From Methanothermus fervidus DSM 2088 (GTDB lineage: Archaea; Methanobacteriota; Methanobacteria; DSM-2088; Methanothermaceae): a stretch of DNA of 32,000 nucleotides. A model generated the notes under the pieces. That model saw only the letters and a list, made by a program, of their open reading frames with translations. It did not search any database and was not told the origin of the DNA. Made by a program: the position numbers and the translations under genes. The stretch is from positions 510,001 to 542,000 of the forward strand of contig CP002278.1 in NCBI GenBank assembly GCA_000166095.1, read 5' to 3'. Below, in pieces: positions 1-8,241 of this stretch. Within the stretch, counting starts at the first letter, position 1; each line of letters begins with the position of its first letter.

Positions 1-686
1 AAGTTTAATTCTCTTATTTTTTGTATTATTTCTACTACTTGCTTAATTAAAGAATTTGGAGCTTCGGGAACATGAGATTTTACAATTTCCATTTCTCTTT
101 CTGGTGAAGGATAATCAATATATAAATAAAGGCAACGATCTTTTGTTTCATCAAGTAAATTTCTTTGAGAATTTGACGTTAAAAATACCATTAAATCATT
201 TTTTAATTCAAAGGTTCCTAAATCATTAATAGTTATTTGTTTTTCACCAAGAGCTTGTAATAAAAAACTTTCAACTTCTTCATCAGCCTTATCTATTTCA
301 TCTATTAAAACTACAGACGGTTTTTTGTTTAGAAATGCCAATAACAATGGTCTTTTAATAAAAAATTCATCACTAAATACATCCTCTTCTGTTCCATAAA
401 TTCTTGCCTTTTCTAAATGAAGTAGCTGTTTTTGATAATTCCATTCCCCAACAATTTGTTCAAAGGTAATACCGTCATAGCATTGAATCCTGAAAAAATC
501 TCTATTAAGGGCTTGTGCAAATTTTTTTGCTAATTCTGTTTTACCTGTTCCTGGAGGACCTTCAATTAAAATAGGTTTATTTAATTCCATAGCCAAAAAT
601 AATGTTATTAGTATGTCTTCACTTGGTACATATCCTTCTTTTCTCAGCAACTTATTTAATTTTTCTAAAGATACTTTGTTTGACAT
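1..686 (-). CDS. AAA+ ATPase, MoxR/AAA_5-like; N-terminal part only, C-terminus lies beyond the window edge
   Basis: Not in the supplied ORF track. My own minus-strand translation from ATG at 686..684 gives [60 protein letters not shown]...[14 protein letters not shown]... This contains Walker A (GPPGTGKT) and Walker B (VLIDEID). The frame stays open to position 1. Confidence 0.7.
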   Translation of the reverse strand, partial: MSNKVSLEKLNKLLRKEGYVPSEDILITLFLAMELNKPILIEGPPGTGKTELAKKFAQALNRDFFRIQCYDGITFEQIVGEWNYQKQLLHLEKARIYGTEEDVFSDEFFIKRPLLLAFLNKKPSVVLIDEIDKADEEVESFLLQALGEKQITINDLGTFELKNDLMVFLTSNSQRNLLDETKDRCLYLYIDYPSPEREMEIVKSHVPEAPNSLIKQVVEIIQKIRELN

Positions 687-721
687 TTTATTTGCCTCAC
701 ATCATACAACATTACTTCAAT

Positions 722-1900
722 TTATTTTTTTGCTAATATATCATCCAATACCTCAACAACTTTATCTATTTCTTCTTTTTTAATGATTAATGGCGGTACC
801 AGCCTTATTACGTTTTCAGCTGTACAATTTAACAATACACCTTTCTTCAATGCATCTAAAACTATAGAATCACATTTCTTTGAAAGTTCTACCCCAATCA
901 TCAATCCATGCCCTCTAACATCTTCTATTATTTCATGTTCTAATTTTTTTAATTTTTCTTTAAAGTATTTACCTAATTTTTTGGATCTTTTTGGTAGGTT
1001 TTCTTCTATTATTATTTCAATAGAAGTCTTAGCTGCTGCACAAGCTAAAGGATTTCCTCCAAATGTTGATCCATGGTCTCCTGGTTTAAATGCAGATGCA
1101 ACATCTTCCCTAGCTAATATAGCACCTATAGGAAATCCCCCTCCCATCGCCTTAGCTAAAGTAACTATATCAGCCTCAACACCAAACAATTCTGAAGCAA
1201 ACATTTCACCTGTACGTCCAAATCCAGTCTGAATTTCATCCAATATTAGTAATATGTCATTGTCTTCCGTTAATTCTCGTACTTGTTTTAAATAATCTTT
1301 TGGAGGTACTACAACCCCGCCTTCTCCCTGTATAGGTTCTAGTATGACTGCAGCTGTATCACTAGTTATTGCTTCAGCCATTGCATCTATATCACCAAAT
1401 GGAACATGCTTAAATCCTGGAGTAAGTGGTTCAAATTCTTTTTTATATTTTTTTTGTCCGGTAGCTGATAAAGCTCCCAATGTTCGTCCATGAAATGAAT
1501 TTTTAGCAGCTATTATTTCTTTTTTTCCTGTATATTTTCTTGCAAGTTTTATTGCACCCTCATTGGCTTCTGTGCCACTGTTGGCAAAAAATACTTTATC
1601 TAATGAAGATATTTTAGTTAATAATTCTGCTAGTTCAACCTGTTCTCTTGTGTAGTAGAAGTTAGAGCAATGAATCAATTTTTGAGCTTGGTGGCATATT
1701 GTCAAAACTAGTTTGGGATGTGCATGACCGATGTTGTTTACAGCAATCCCGGCAAAACAATCTATATATTCATTTCCATCAATATCCCATACCTTACATC
1801 CTTTTCCATGTGATAAAACGATAGGATATCTAGAGTATGTATTCATAATATATTTTCTTTCTAATTCCATGATTTCGCTTGCTTTCATTGACTCACCCAT
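722..1900 (-). CDS. argD: Acetylornithine (class III, PLP-dependent) aminotransferase
   Basis: 392-aa ORF with class-III aminotransferase hallmarks: [49 protein letters not shown] (PLP lysine context). The true start may be the Met at 1888 or 1870 rather than 1900. Confidence 0.85.
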   Translation of the reverse strand: MGESMKASEIMELERKYIMNTYSRYPIVLSHGKGCKVWDIDGNEYIDCFAGIAVNNIGHAHPKLVLTICHQAQKLIHCSNFYYTREQVELAELLTKISSLDKVFFANSGTEANEGAIKLARKYTGKKEIIAAKNSFHGRTLGALSATGQKKYKKEFEPLTPGFKHVPFGDIDAMAEAITSDTAAVILEPIQGEGGVVVPPKDYLKQVRELTEDNDILLILDEIQTGFGRTGEMFASELFGVEADIVTLAKAMGGGFPIGAILAREDVASAFKPGDHGSTFGGNPLACAAAKTSIEIIIEENLPKRSKKLGKYFKEKLKKLEHEIIEDVRGHGLMIGVELSKKCDSIVLDALKKGVLLNCTAENVIRLVPPLIIKKEEIDKVVEVLDDILAKK

Positions 1901-1960
1901 TAATTTTATACATCTTTATACATTTCAATGTCAAAAATAAATACTTAGGGGAAAGGTATC

Positions 1961-3340
1961 ATGTTTTATACAAAGACATTCACAATAAAAACTGAAATAA
2001 GTCCTGCACATTATCCCAAATTTCTTGATTTCTTATACAAATATTATCTTTATCCCAACCCTAAGATCAATGTATTGGAATTTATGGATAATTTTTTGTT
2101 ATTTAAATTTGATGATATTTATTGTAAGATTGTATGTGGAGAGGAAATAAATATTGAATTGTATTCTGAACATTTTGATGAAGAAAAAATAACAGAAATA
2201 GAAGAAGATTTGTTTATAGTAGTGAGATATTTTGAAGATAGCCTTAAGAAATATACTCTTTGTTTTTCTTGGGTTGAAGGCCAAGAAATAATACCAGAAA
2301 AACCTCCAACACGAAAAGAAGAATCTAAAGGTATTTTTGGAAATATTATATTGATATACATTTTGTTTTTTGGGATTAACATAGTTTTGTTTTTGCTTTT
2401 AGGATTTTATGCAGTTATTTTTATAATACTTCTCCAGTTCTTAATATTATTGTTTTCAGGATATTTGTATCGATGGATTGGAGATTGGATAATAACACCA
2501 AAAAATCCATATGTCCATATTTTAAAATATCAATTATCGGAGGATGAATACAAAGAATTTGAAAAAAAATTTGGTAAAGAAGCCATTGTAGATATAAAGA
2601 AAGAAATTTATAACAAAACATTGGGTGCTGGAAAGCCTTTAAAACCTGAAATTGGTGAAAAGATCCTCAAAAAATATGGATTTCGTTGTACTCCTCTTTA
2701 TGAAACATCGAAAACTATAAATGTTTACGAAATTGTTAAAAAAGCTGCAGAAAAATTTAAAATACCTATTCCAAAAATAGTAGTGTCAAATACAATGGTT
2801 GCAAATGCAGCTGCAACTGGACCTAACACTAAACATGGTTTAATCATAATAACTACAGGTCTCTTAGCACAATTAGAGCATGACGAAATATTGAGTGTAA
2901 TTGGTCATGAATTAGGACACCTTGTTGGTAAAGATCCCTTAGTATTGTTAGTGATAGTCTCAACAGAGTTTGTTTTAAGATTAACAGTGCTACTGCCTAT
3001 TGTTATGATATCTCCTCTACTCTACATATTCATAGCAATGGCAATGATATTTTTCATTGCAAAATTCTTTGAAGCAAAAGCAGATTTATTGTCGGCGATA
3101 TATATAGGTAAGCCCAAATCTCTAGCACAAGCCCTTAGAAAAATAGGATATCAAAGATTAGCTCTTGAACGTGAGCCTCATAACAAAATTTTTGATTGGT
3201 TGAAATGGGATCCTCATCCTCCTCTCTATTTTAGAATAAAGAGATTAGAAAGTTTAAAAAACCCTAAGAAAATAAAAAATCCGTTAATAAAATCCATAAA
3301 AGATGTAATCAAAGGGTTTAAAGAATCATTTACAATGTAA
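1961..3340 (+). CDS. M48-family (HtpX/Ste24-like) zinc metalloprotease with an extra N-terminal ~110-aa domain
   Basis: HELGH zinc motif (VIGHELGHLVGKD) and downstream FFEAKADLLSA, the third-ligand Glu context typical of M48. Several hydrophobic helices. GGGGAAAGG lies upstream of the ATG. Confidence 0.75.
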   Translation: MFYTKTFTIKTEISPAHYPKFLDFLYKYYLYPNPKINVLEFMDNFLLFKFDDIYCKIVCGEEINIELYSEHFDEEKITEIEEDLFIVVRYFEDSLKKYTLCFSWVEGQEIIPEKPPTRKEESKGIFGNIILIYILFFGINIVLFLLLGFYAVIFIILLQFLILLFSGYLYRWIGDWIITPKNPYVHILKYQLSEDEYKEFEKKFGKEAIVDIKKEIYNKTLGAGKPLKPEIGEKILKKYGFRCTPLYETSKTINVYEIVKKAAEKFKIPIPKIVVSNTMVANAAATGPNTKHGLIIITTGLLAQLEHDEILSVIGHELGHLVGKDPLVLLVIVSTEFVLRLTVLLPIVMISPLLYIFIAMAMIFFIAKFFEAKADLLSAIYIGKPKSLAQALRKIGYQRLALEREPHNKIFDWLKWDPHPPLYFRIKRLESLKNPKKIKNPLIKSIKDVIKGFKESFTM

Positions 3341-3349
3341 GGGATTTAT

Positions 3350-5260
3350 ATGGATGGTTTTTACCCCACTAATCTTAAAAATGCTGTAATTTATGCTGCA
3401 TTAATCTTAATATTGCTTTTTGTATATGGTATTTTTGGATCTATTTATATTATGCATTTAGGAGTTATTGATGCAATCTATTATACAATAACAACTGTCA
3501 CTACAACTGGATTTGGTGATATTAGGCCAATTACTCCATCACAAAAACTTTTTACAGCCTCACTAGAATTAATAGGAGCTGGATTCTTACTTTATATTTT
3601 CACTTTAATGCTTTCGGTGATGTTTATGAGTTTTAGTGAATATGTTACAGGAGCTAAATTAAAAAGGAAAATAGCCTCAATGAAAAATCATTTTATTCTT
3701 TGTGGGTTTGGAAGAGTAGGATCAACAGCATTTAAAGAACTTAAAAAAAGAAAACAAAAAGTAGTAATAATTGAAAAAAATAAAGATTTGGTGGAAACAG
3801 AGTTATGGTCAGATCCTAACATAATTGCTATACCAGGGGACGCCACAAAAGAAAATGTATTAAGATATGCTGGGATCGAACGTGCAAAATGTATAATAAT
3901 AGCAACAGGTAGCGATGTTGACAATCTTTTTATAACAATTGAAGCTAAAGAATTGAACCCAAAAATATGGATTGTAGCTAGAGCAAGTGAAAGAGAAAAT
4001 ATAAGTAGATTAAAAAAGGCTGGAGCAAATAGAATAATATCACCAGAATTCAGTGGAGGAAAAGACATTTATTTTGCAGCGATGGAACCTTTAATGATGA
4101 AAATAACTGTTAAACATGGCATGGAAAGTATAAAACGAGAGGCAGAAATAATATTTAAACATAATTGTACACTAGAAAACATTATGTATCATTTACCAGA
4201 ATTTAGAGAACCTTTGAAAAGGAAAATAGAGGTTAGCGATCTTGATCACATAGAAAAGTTTTTATTTCAAGTTAAAAAAAATCCCCGCCTTAGAGAATCA
4301 CTAAACAAAATGTATGAATCCACAAGTGGTGTACATTCACATTGGATTTCAGGTCCAAGCAAAGAAAACTTAGAAAAGGTAGTTGAGGATTTGAAAAAAG
4401 AAGGGATTTTATTAGGAGTTAATTTGGACGATGAAAAAATTAAAGAAATTACGAGAAAATATGGAATGTTGGCTGAAGTAATGGTAAAACCAGAAATCAC
4501 AGTAGTAAATAAACATGGAATCGATGAAATAAGAGATGAGGCAGAGATAATACTAAAACATGGTTGTACAATTGAAGATATTGAATATTATATTCCTGGT
4601 TTTAGAGAACCTTTAAAGAGACATGTAGGCGCTGATTCTATAGAAGATATAGACAAATTTTTAAACACGTTAAAAAAAGATCCAAAAAAATATGATGCTA
4701 TAGATAGACTCTACATGCTATCTGGAGGCGGTATACATAGTCATGTAATATCTGCTAGAAGTCTAGAATCTTTAAACAAAGTTGAAAAAGAATTAAAAGA
4801 AAAAGGGTTTCTTATTGGCGTAAATATGAGTTTAGGTGAAATAAAAGAAATGATTCAAAAATCTGGCACTGTGGTAGATATCTTAGTGCAACATGATGTC
4901 AAAAATTTAGAAGATAAAAAAACTGTTGTCAAATATGGTGGTAGAATTTTAACATCTAAACACTATCTCCCAGGAATAAGATATGTACTGACTCGAAAAT
5001 TAAATTTAAAAACAATGGAAGATGTTAAAAAATGTGAGAAAGAATTAGAAAAACCAAGGGCAAGGCGTACTTTAACAGCATTGTATGAACTTTCTGCCAA
5101 TATCCATTCTCACACCATTGTTACACCTAGTGCAGAAATAACAAAAAAAATTGAAGAAGAATTAAAAGAAAAGGGAATATTGTTAGGCGTTAATTTTCCT
5201 GAAGAAAAAATATGGGAAATGGTGGAAAAGGAAGCTGTTGAACCTTTCTGCGTTGATTAA
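3350..5260 (+). CDS. Two-TM K+ channel with an RCK/TrkA-N domain and three C-terminal tandem ~125-aa modules of unknown function
   Basis: Pore helix and selectivity filter YYTITTVTTTGFGD, flanked by two TM helices. Rossmann GxGxxG (ILCGFGRVGSTAFKEL). This is followed by three repeats, each carrying an (V/I)HSH motif (aa 329-331, 463-465, 586-588). Confidence 0.8.
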   Translation: MDGFYPTNLKNAVIYAALILILLFVYGIFGSIYIMHLGVIDAIYYTITTVTTTGFGDIRPITPSQKLFTASLELIGAGFLLYIFTLMLSVMFMSFSEYVTGAKLKRKIASMKNHFILCGFGRVGSTAFKELKKRKQKVVIIEKNKDLVETELWSDPNIIAIPGDATKENVLRYAGIERAKCIIIATGSDVDNLFITIEAKELNPKIWIVARASERENISRLKKAGANRIISPEFSGGKDIYFAAMEPLMMKITVKHGMESIKREAEIIFKHNCTLENIMYHLPEFREPLKRKIEVSDLDHIEKFLFQVKKNPRLRESLNKMYESTSGVHSHWISGPSKENLEKVVEDLKKEGILLGVNLDDEKIKEITRKYGMLAEVMVKPEITVVNKHGIDEIRDEAEIILKHGCTIEDIEYYIPGFREPLKRHVGADSIEDIDKFLNTLKKDPKKYDAIDRLYMLSGGGIHSHVISARSLESLNKVEKELKEKGFLIGVNMSLGEIKEMIQKSGTVVDILVQHDVKNLEDKKTVVKYGGRILTSKHYLPGIRYVLTRKLNLKTMEDVKKCEKELEKPRARRTLTALYELSANIHSHTIVTPSAEITKKIEEELKEKGILLGVNFPEEKIWEMVEKEAVEPFCVD

Positions 5261-5264
5261 TTTT

Positions 5265-6158
5265 CTAGAATAAATCATGTAGATGTAGCTTATATTTGCC
5301 TAATTTACCTCCATAATTACCAGCGCTGATTTTTTTGACCCCTGGTACCTTACATGCAGCCTCAATTCCTACTTTCATAGCTTTTTTAACAGATTCCTCA
5401 TCAATACCATCAATAACTATTTCATAGATACCATTAACATCTTCAGGAACTTCACTATCTTCAATTTCATCTTTAAGTGTTACACACATTTTTTCGTTTG
5501 TGGAGGCATCTAAGAAATCATATTTTTTAGATCCAACTTTTGATCCAGAAGCTACTATTCCACCTGGAAATGGTGTCATAACGCCTTCAACGGATTTTAT
5601 AGCATCAACAGCCATTTCAGCAGCTAATAATGCTGAGCCCTGGGTTTCTGCCATTATAAAGAAGTTCCCTCCTGCTACTCCACTTTTTATTCCAAATTTC
5701 TCTTCAACAATGAATTCACCAGACATTATTGGAATTATATGTACCTTTCTACCTTGGACTTCCCCTTCTTTTTCATAACCATCTCCGAAAAATTTCAATT
5801 TGAATCCTGTATTTACTTTTTCTTCAGCATTTTCTAATGCATCAAATGCTGCTGCGGTAGGTGCTGTCAATATTGTCATTCCTACTCTCTCTAATAATTC
5901 ATGATCTAATTTCTTTTTTGATGGATTACAAATTATAATTGTAAATCCTGGTCTTTGGTCTGGGGTATTTTTAGGAGGTATATATGTATCTATACCTGCT
6001 TCTGCAGGACATCCAATAACTGATGTACCATATCCTGTAGCTTCTCTAGCAGCTATTTTTGCTAATCGTTTACTAGCAGCTGTTACTAATATTCTAGAAA
6101 CTTTTATATCAAATGCTTCAGCAAAAGTGTCTTCAATTTCCACACCATTTACTTTCAT
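5265..6158 (-). CDS. ftr: Formylmethanofuran--tetrahydromethanopterin N-formyltransferase
   Basis: 297 aa. N-terminus [16 protein letters not shown]...[32 protein letters not shown] matches the Ftr family as I recall it from Methanobacteriales. A strong GGAGGG SD lies upstream of the ATG. Confidence 0.93.
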   Translation of the reverse strand: MKVNGVEIEDTFAEAFDIKVSRILVTAASKRLAKIAAREATGYGTSVIGCPAEAGIDTYIPPKNTPDQRPGFTIIICNPSKKKLDHELLERVGMTILTAPTAAAFDALENAEEKVNTGFKLKFFGDGYEKEGEVQGRKVHIIPIMSGEFIVEEKFGIKSGVAGGNFFIMAETQGSALLAAEMAVDAIKSVEGVMTPFPGGIVASGSKVGSKKYDFLDASTNEKMCVTLKDEIEDSEVPEDVNGIYEIVIDGIDEESVKKAMKVGIEAACKVPGVKKISAGNYGGKLGKYKLHLHDLF

Positions 6159-6193
6159 TTTACATCCCTCCTGCCAATTTTTCTTACATTTAC

Positions 6194-7213
6194 TTATTTA
6201 AATACTTTTCCAACCATGTCTGATCCAAAATATGGCAATGTTGCTACTCCTAAAAAAATCGTGAGCCAAAAAGATATTAAACGCTCAACTATCGTTATGG
6301 CAGCACTTAATGGCAATGGTACTCCAGCCATAGAATAAAATAATATCATGAGACCCTCTATTGCTCCTAAGCCACCAGGGAAAATTGGTACCATGCTAAC
6401 TAAAGTTGCCACTATCATAACTTCTGCAATTATTATTGGTGAAATATATACACCAAATGCCCAAAATACTGCCCAAATTCTTATAATTTCCAAAAACCAA
6501 ATTACAAAGGACAAGGGGAGAGCAACATATATAACATTTTTATTTTTTATCATGAGTCTAACAGCATCCTGATATTTGACAATTGCATCACTTATTCTAC
6601 TTTCCAGCTTACTCAACTTCTTACTTTTATGTTTGTAAAATATACGTGCTATGCGCATGATACCTCTCTTAACTTTTTTACCTAATTCTGGTTTCACTGA
6701 AACATATAAAATGATGAAAAATGAAAATACTACAGCGAACAACGTTATTAATAAACCTATCACAAGCCATAAAGAAAATCTAAAAACTAAAATCATGTGA
6801 AATAGTGAAATTATTGAAAGTAAAATTAGTGGGAAAGTATCTAATCCCTTATCTATTAAAACTGTTGCAAAAGATGACTCAAAGGGTGTTTTTGAATATT
6901 TAGACAATAAATATGCTCTTAATGCCTCTCCACCACTTTTTGCTGGAGTAATATTATTTGTAGCTAATCCAAGAACAAGAATTCTGAAAAGAGGTTGATT
7001 TTTGGTTTTAATTTTTGCTGCAACAACTGCTATTCTCCACCTAACCATCCATAAATAAAGAGTAAGCATGTGAACAGCAACAGCCAAAGACAAATAGAGA
7101 GGATCTGCCTTCCTAATATCATTTACGATTTTTTCTGGCCCAATAAAAATTAACATTAATCCTAGAAGACTGATACTTATTATTATAAGTATTATTGATT
7201 TTTTATGTTTCAT
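6194..7213 (-). CDS. UPF0104 / lysyl-PG-synthase-TM-like 'flippase-like' integral membrane protein
   Basis: 339 aa and polytopic. It carries the characteristic C-terminal [10 protein letters not shown] motif of the UPF0104 (LPG_synthase_TM) family. The gene lies 1 nt downstream of the phosphodiesterase gene, which suggests an operon. Confidence 0.65.
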
Positions 7214-7214
7214 A

Positions 7215-7703
7215 TTACTCTAACTCAATTATTTTGGGCTTTAAAGTGTCTGGATCCAAAATTGCAATAGTTTTCTTCCCTGAAACATAGCCACATGTTT
7301 CACCAGGATTTATTAATAAAGTATTGTTCACCTCATCAATTTTAGCTTCATGTGTATGTCCTCTTACAACAACATCAAATTCTCCTGATTTTAAAATACA
7401 TTTTACAATCCTTTCATCGGTACCATGAAGTAATGCTATTTTTAATCCTTCAAAATTTATGATTTTAAAATCACTTAGATCACATAATTTATTAAATGCT
7501 TTTCTTAATCCATCCTTTTCTCCATCATTGTTACCAAATACAGCCTCAAATCTCATTTTAAGTTTTTCAAACCTTGGCGCTGTAAATGGCGATATTAAAT
7601 CTCCAGCATGTAATACAATGTCCACATTTTGTCTATTGAAAAATTCAACAGCCTTATCTATTGCATCTAAATTATCATGAGAATCTGCCATGATGCCTAT
7701 CAT
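7215..7703 (-). CDS. MJ0936/YfcE-family metallophosphoesterase (phosphodiesterase)
   Basis: 162 aa with calcineurin-like motifs: [43 protein letters not shown] lies upstream of the ATG. Confidence 0.8.
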
Positions 7704-7710
7704 GTCCTTT

Positions 7711-7850
7711 CCTCCCCGAATTGAGCTACCCCCTACGGAGCTTCCTACTTCATAGAGAAAACTTGCCCAGAGACTATATCTTTATATGAAATAGTCTTGA
7801 GTAGAGGTTTTCTCTCAGGCAGGCTATCAGGGCTACCCCATCCCCTTAAC
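7711..7850 (-). other. GC-rich structured intergenic element. Possible ncRNA, MITE-like element, or TnpB-associated right-end (omega-RNA-like) remnant
   Basis: This is the only GC-rich island in an AT-rich window. It has nested inverted repeats: AGAGAAAAC (7754..7762) pairs with GTTTTCTCT (7807..7815), and AGACTAT (7771..7777) pairs with ATAGTCT (7791..7797). It is flanked by direct repeats GCTACCCC at 7725..7732 and 7832..7839. Confidence 0.3.
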
Positions 7851-8076
7851 AATATTCTACATGCTGATATATAATATCTTTTAACTTATTCTTATAGCTT
7901 AATCCTTTCGATGTTCCTCTTGGATTTACTTTCTTAACTATCTTACTAGCTCTTTCAGCCTTGTAATTGTATGGGAAGTCATCTCGTATGAAAAAAGTAG
8001 TATGAAATATATATAGTTTTTTTCTAGGTATTATTGCATTGGAGAGAGAAAGAGTAAAAGAAGAGTTTGTATATTT
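7846..8076 (-). pseudogene. Probable remnant of an IS200/IS605-family TnpB (OrfB) gene (RuvC-II region)
   Basis: Minus-strand open frame without a start codon: ...FFIRDDFPYNYKAERASKIVKKVNPRGTSKGLSYKNKLKDIIYQHVEYC*. The pattern YKAE-x8-VNPxxTS matches the conserved TnpB block (L.YKAE..G..V..V[DN]P..TS..C). The zinc-finger and RuvC-III parts are missing. Confidence 0.35.
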
Positions 8077-8200
8077 TTAGAACAAGTGTTAGTTTTATAT
8101 TTCATTTATATAATACTTTTCTTATTTCTCAATCCCTGATGGGGTGGAAATCTGTTTTTTTAATTGCTATTTTCTTTTCATTTTTTAACAAAAATTCTGT

Positions 8201-8241
8201 TTATAAAAAAGAACAAAAAAAGAAATTAAAAAATAAGAAAA
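8201..8241 (-). terminator. Oligo-T tract terminator candidate downstream of the CobN-like gene
   Basis: Minus strand immediately after the TGA reads TTTTCTTATTTTTTAATTTCTTTTTTTGTTCTTTTTTAT. Multiple T5-T7 runs are typical of archaeal intrinsic termination. Confidence 0.35.

Noticed and set aside
1-686. Linking the MoxR/AAA_5-like ATPase at the window start to the CobN-like protein as its chelatase motor
   Set aside because: The two genes are about 7.5 kb apart, separated by unrelated operons. The CobN-like protein is predicted to be exported. No sequence evidence supports a functional link.
783-1232. Long antisense ORFs opposite well-supported genes: 783..1232, 3688..4068, 5500..5778, 9773..10141, 14213..14533, 17680..18084, 25302..25727, 28035..28391, 28955..29359
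   Set aside because: Each lies entirely inside a gene with clear family motifs on the other strand. Each has Ser/Ile/Phe/Asn-rich shadow-frame composition, no SD and no recognisable motif. These are typical antisense ORFs of AT-rich genomes.
4088-5257. The possibility that the triple repeat in the K+ channel is a recent duplication or an assembly artefact
   Set aside because: The three copies have diverged at both protein and DNA level. Only short patches such as a 14-nt identity are shared, and the reading frame is intact throughout. This looks like an old, selected domain triplication rather than a mis-assembly.
7704-7720. GGAGGAAAGGAC on the minus strand resembles the RNase P RNA CR-I motif (GAGGAAAGUCC)
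   Set aside because: It sits 3-8 nt upstream of the phosphodiesterase ATG and is best explained as its Shine-Dalgarno sequence. The other RNase P conserved regions and the required ~250-300-nt structured body are not evident.
7690-7733. tRNA-like 5' start on the minus strand (GGGGGUAGCUCAAUUCGG...)
   Set aside because: The D-stem cannot close (GCUC versus GAGG). No anticodon arm or T-arm (GTTCRAAT) follows, and the sequence runs into the CDS start. At most it is a decayed fragment.
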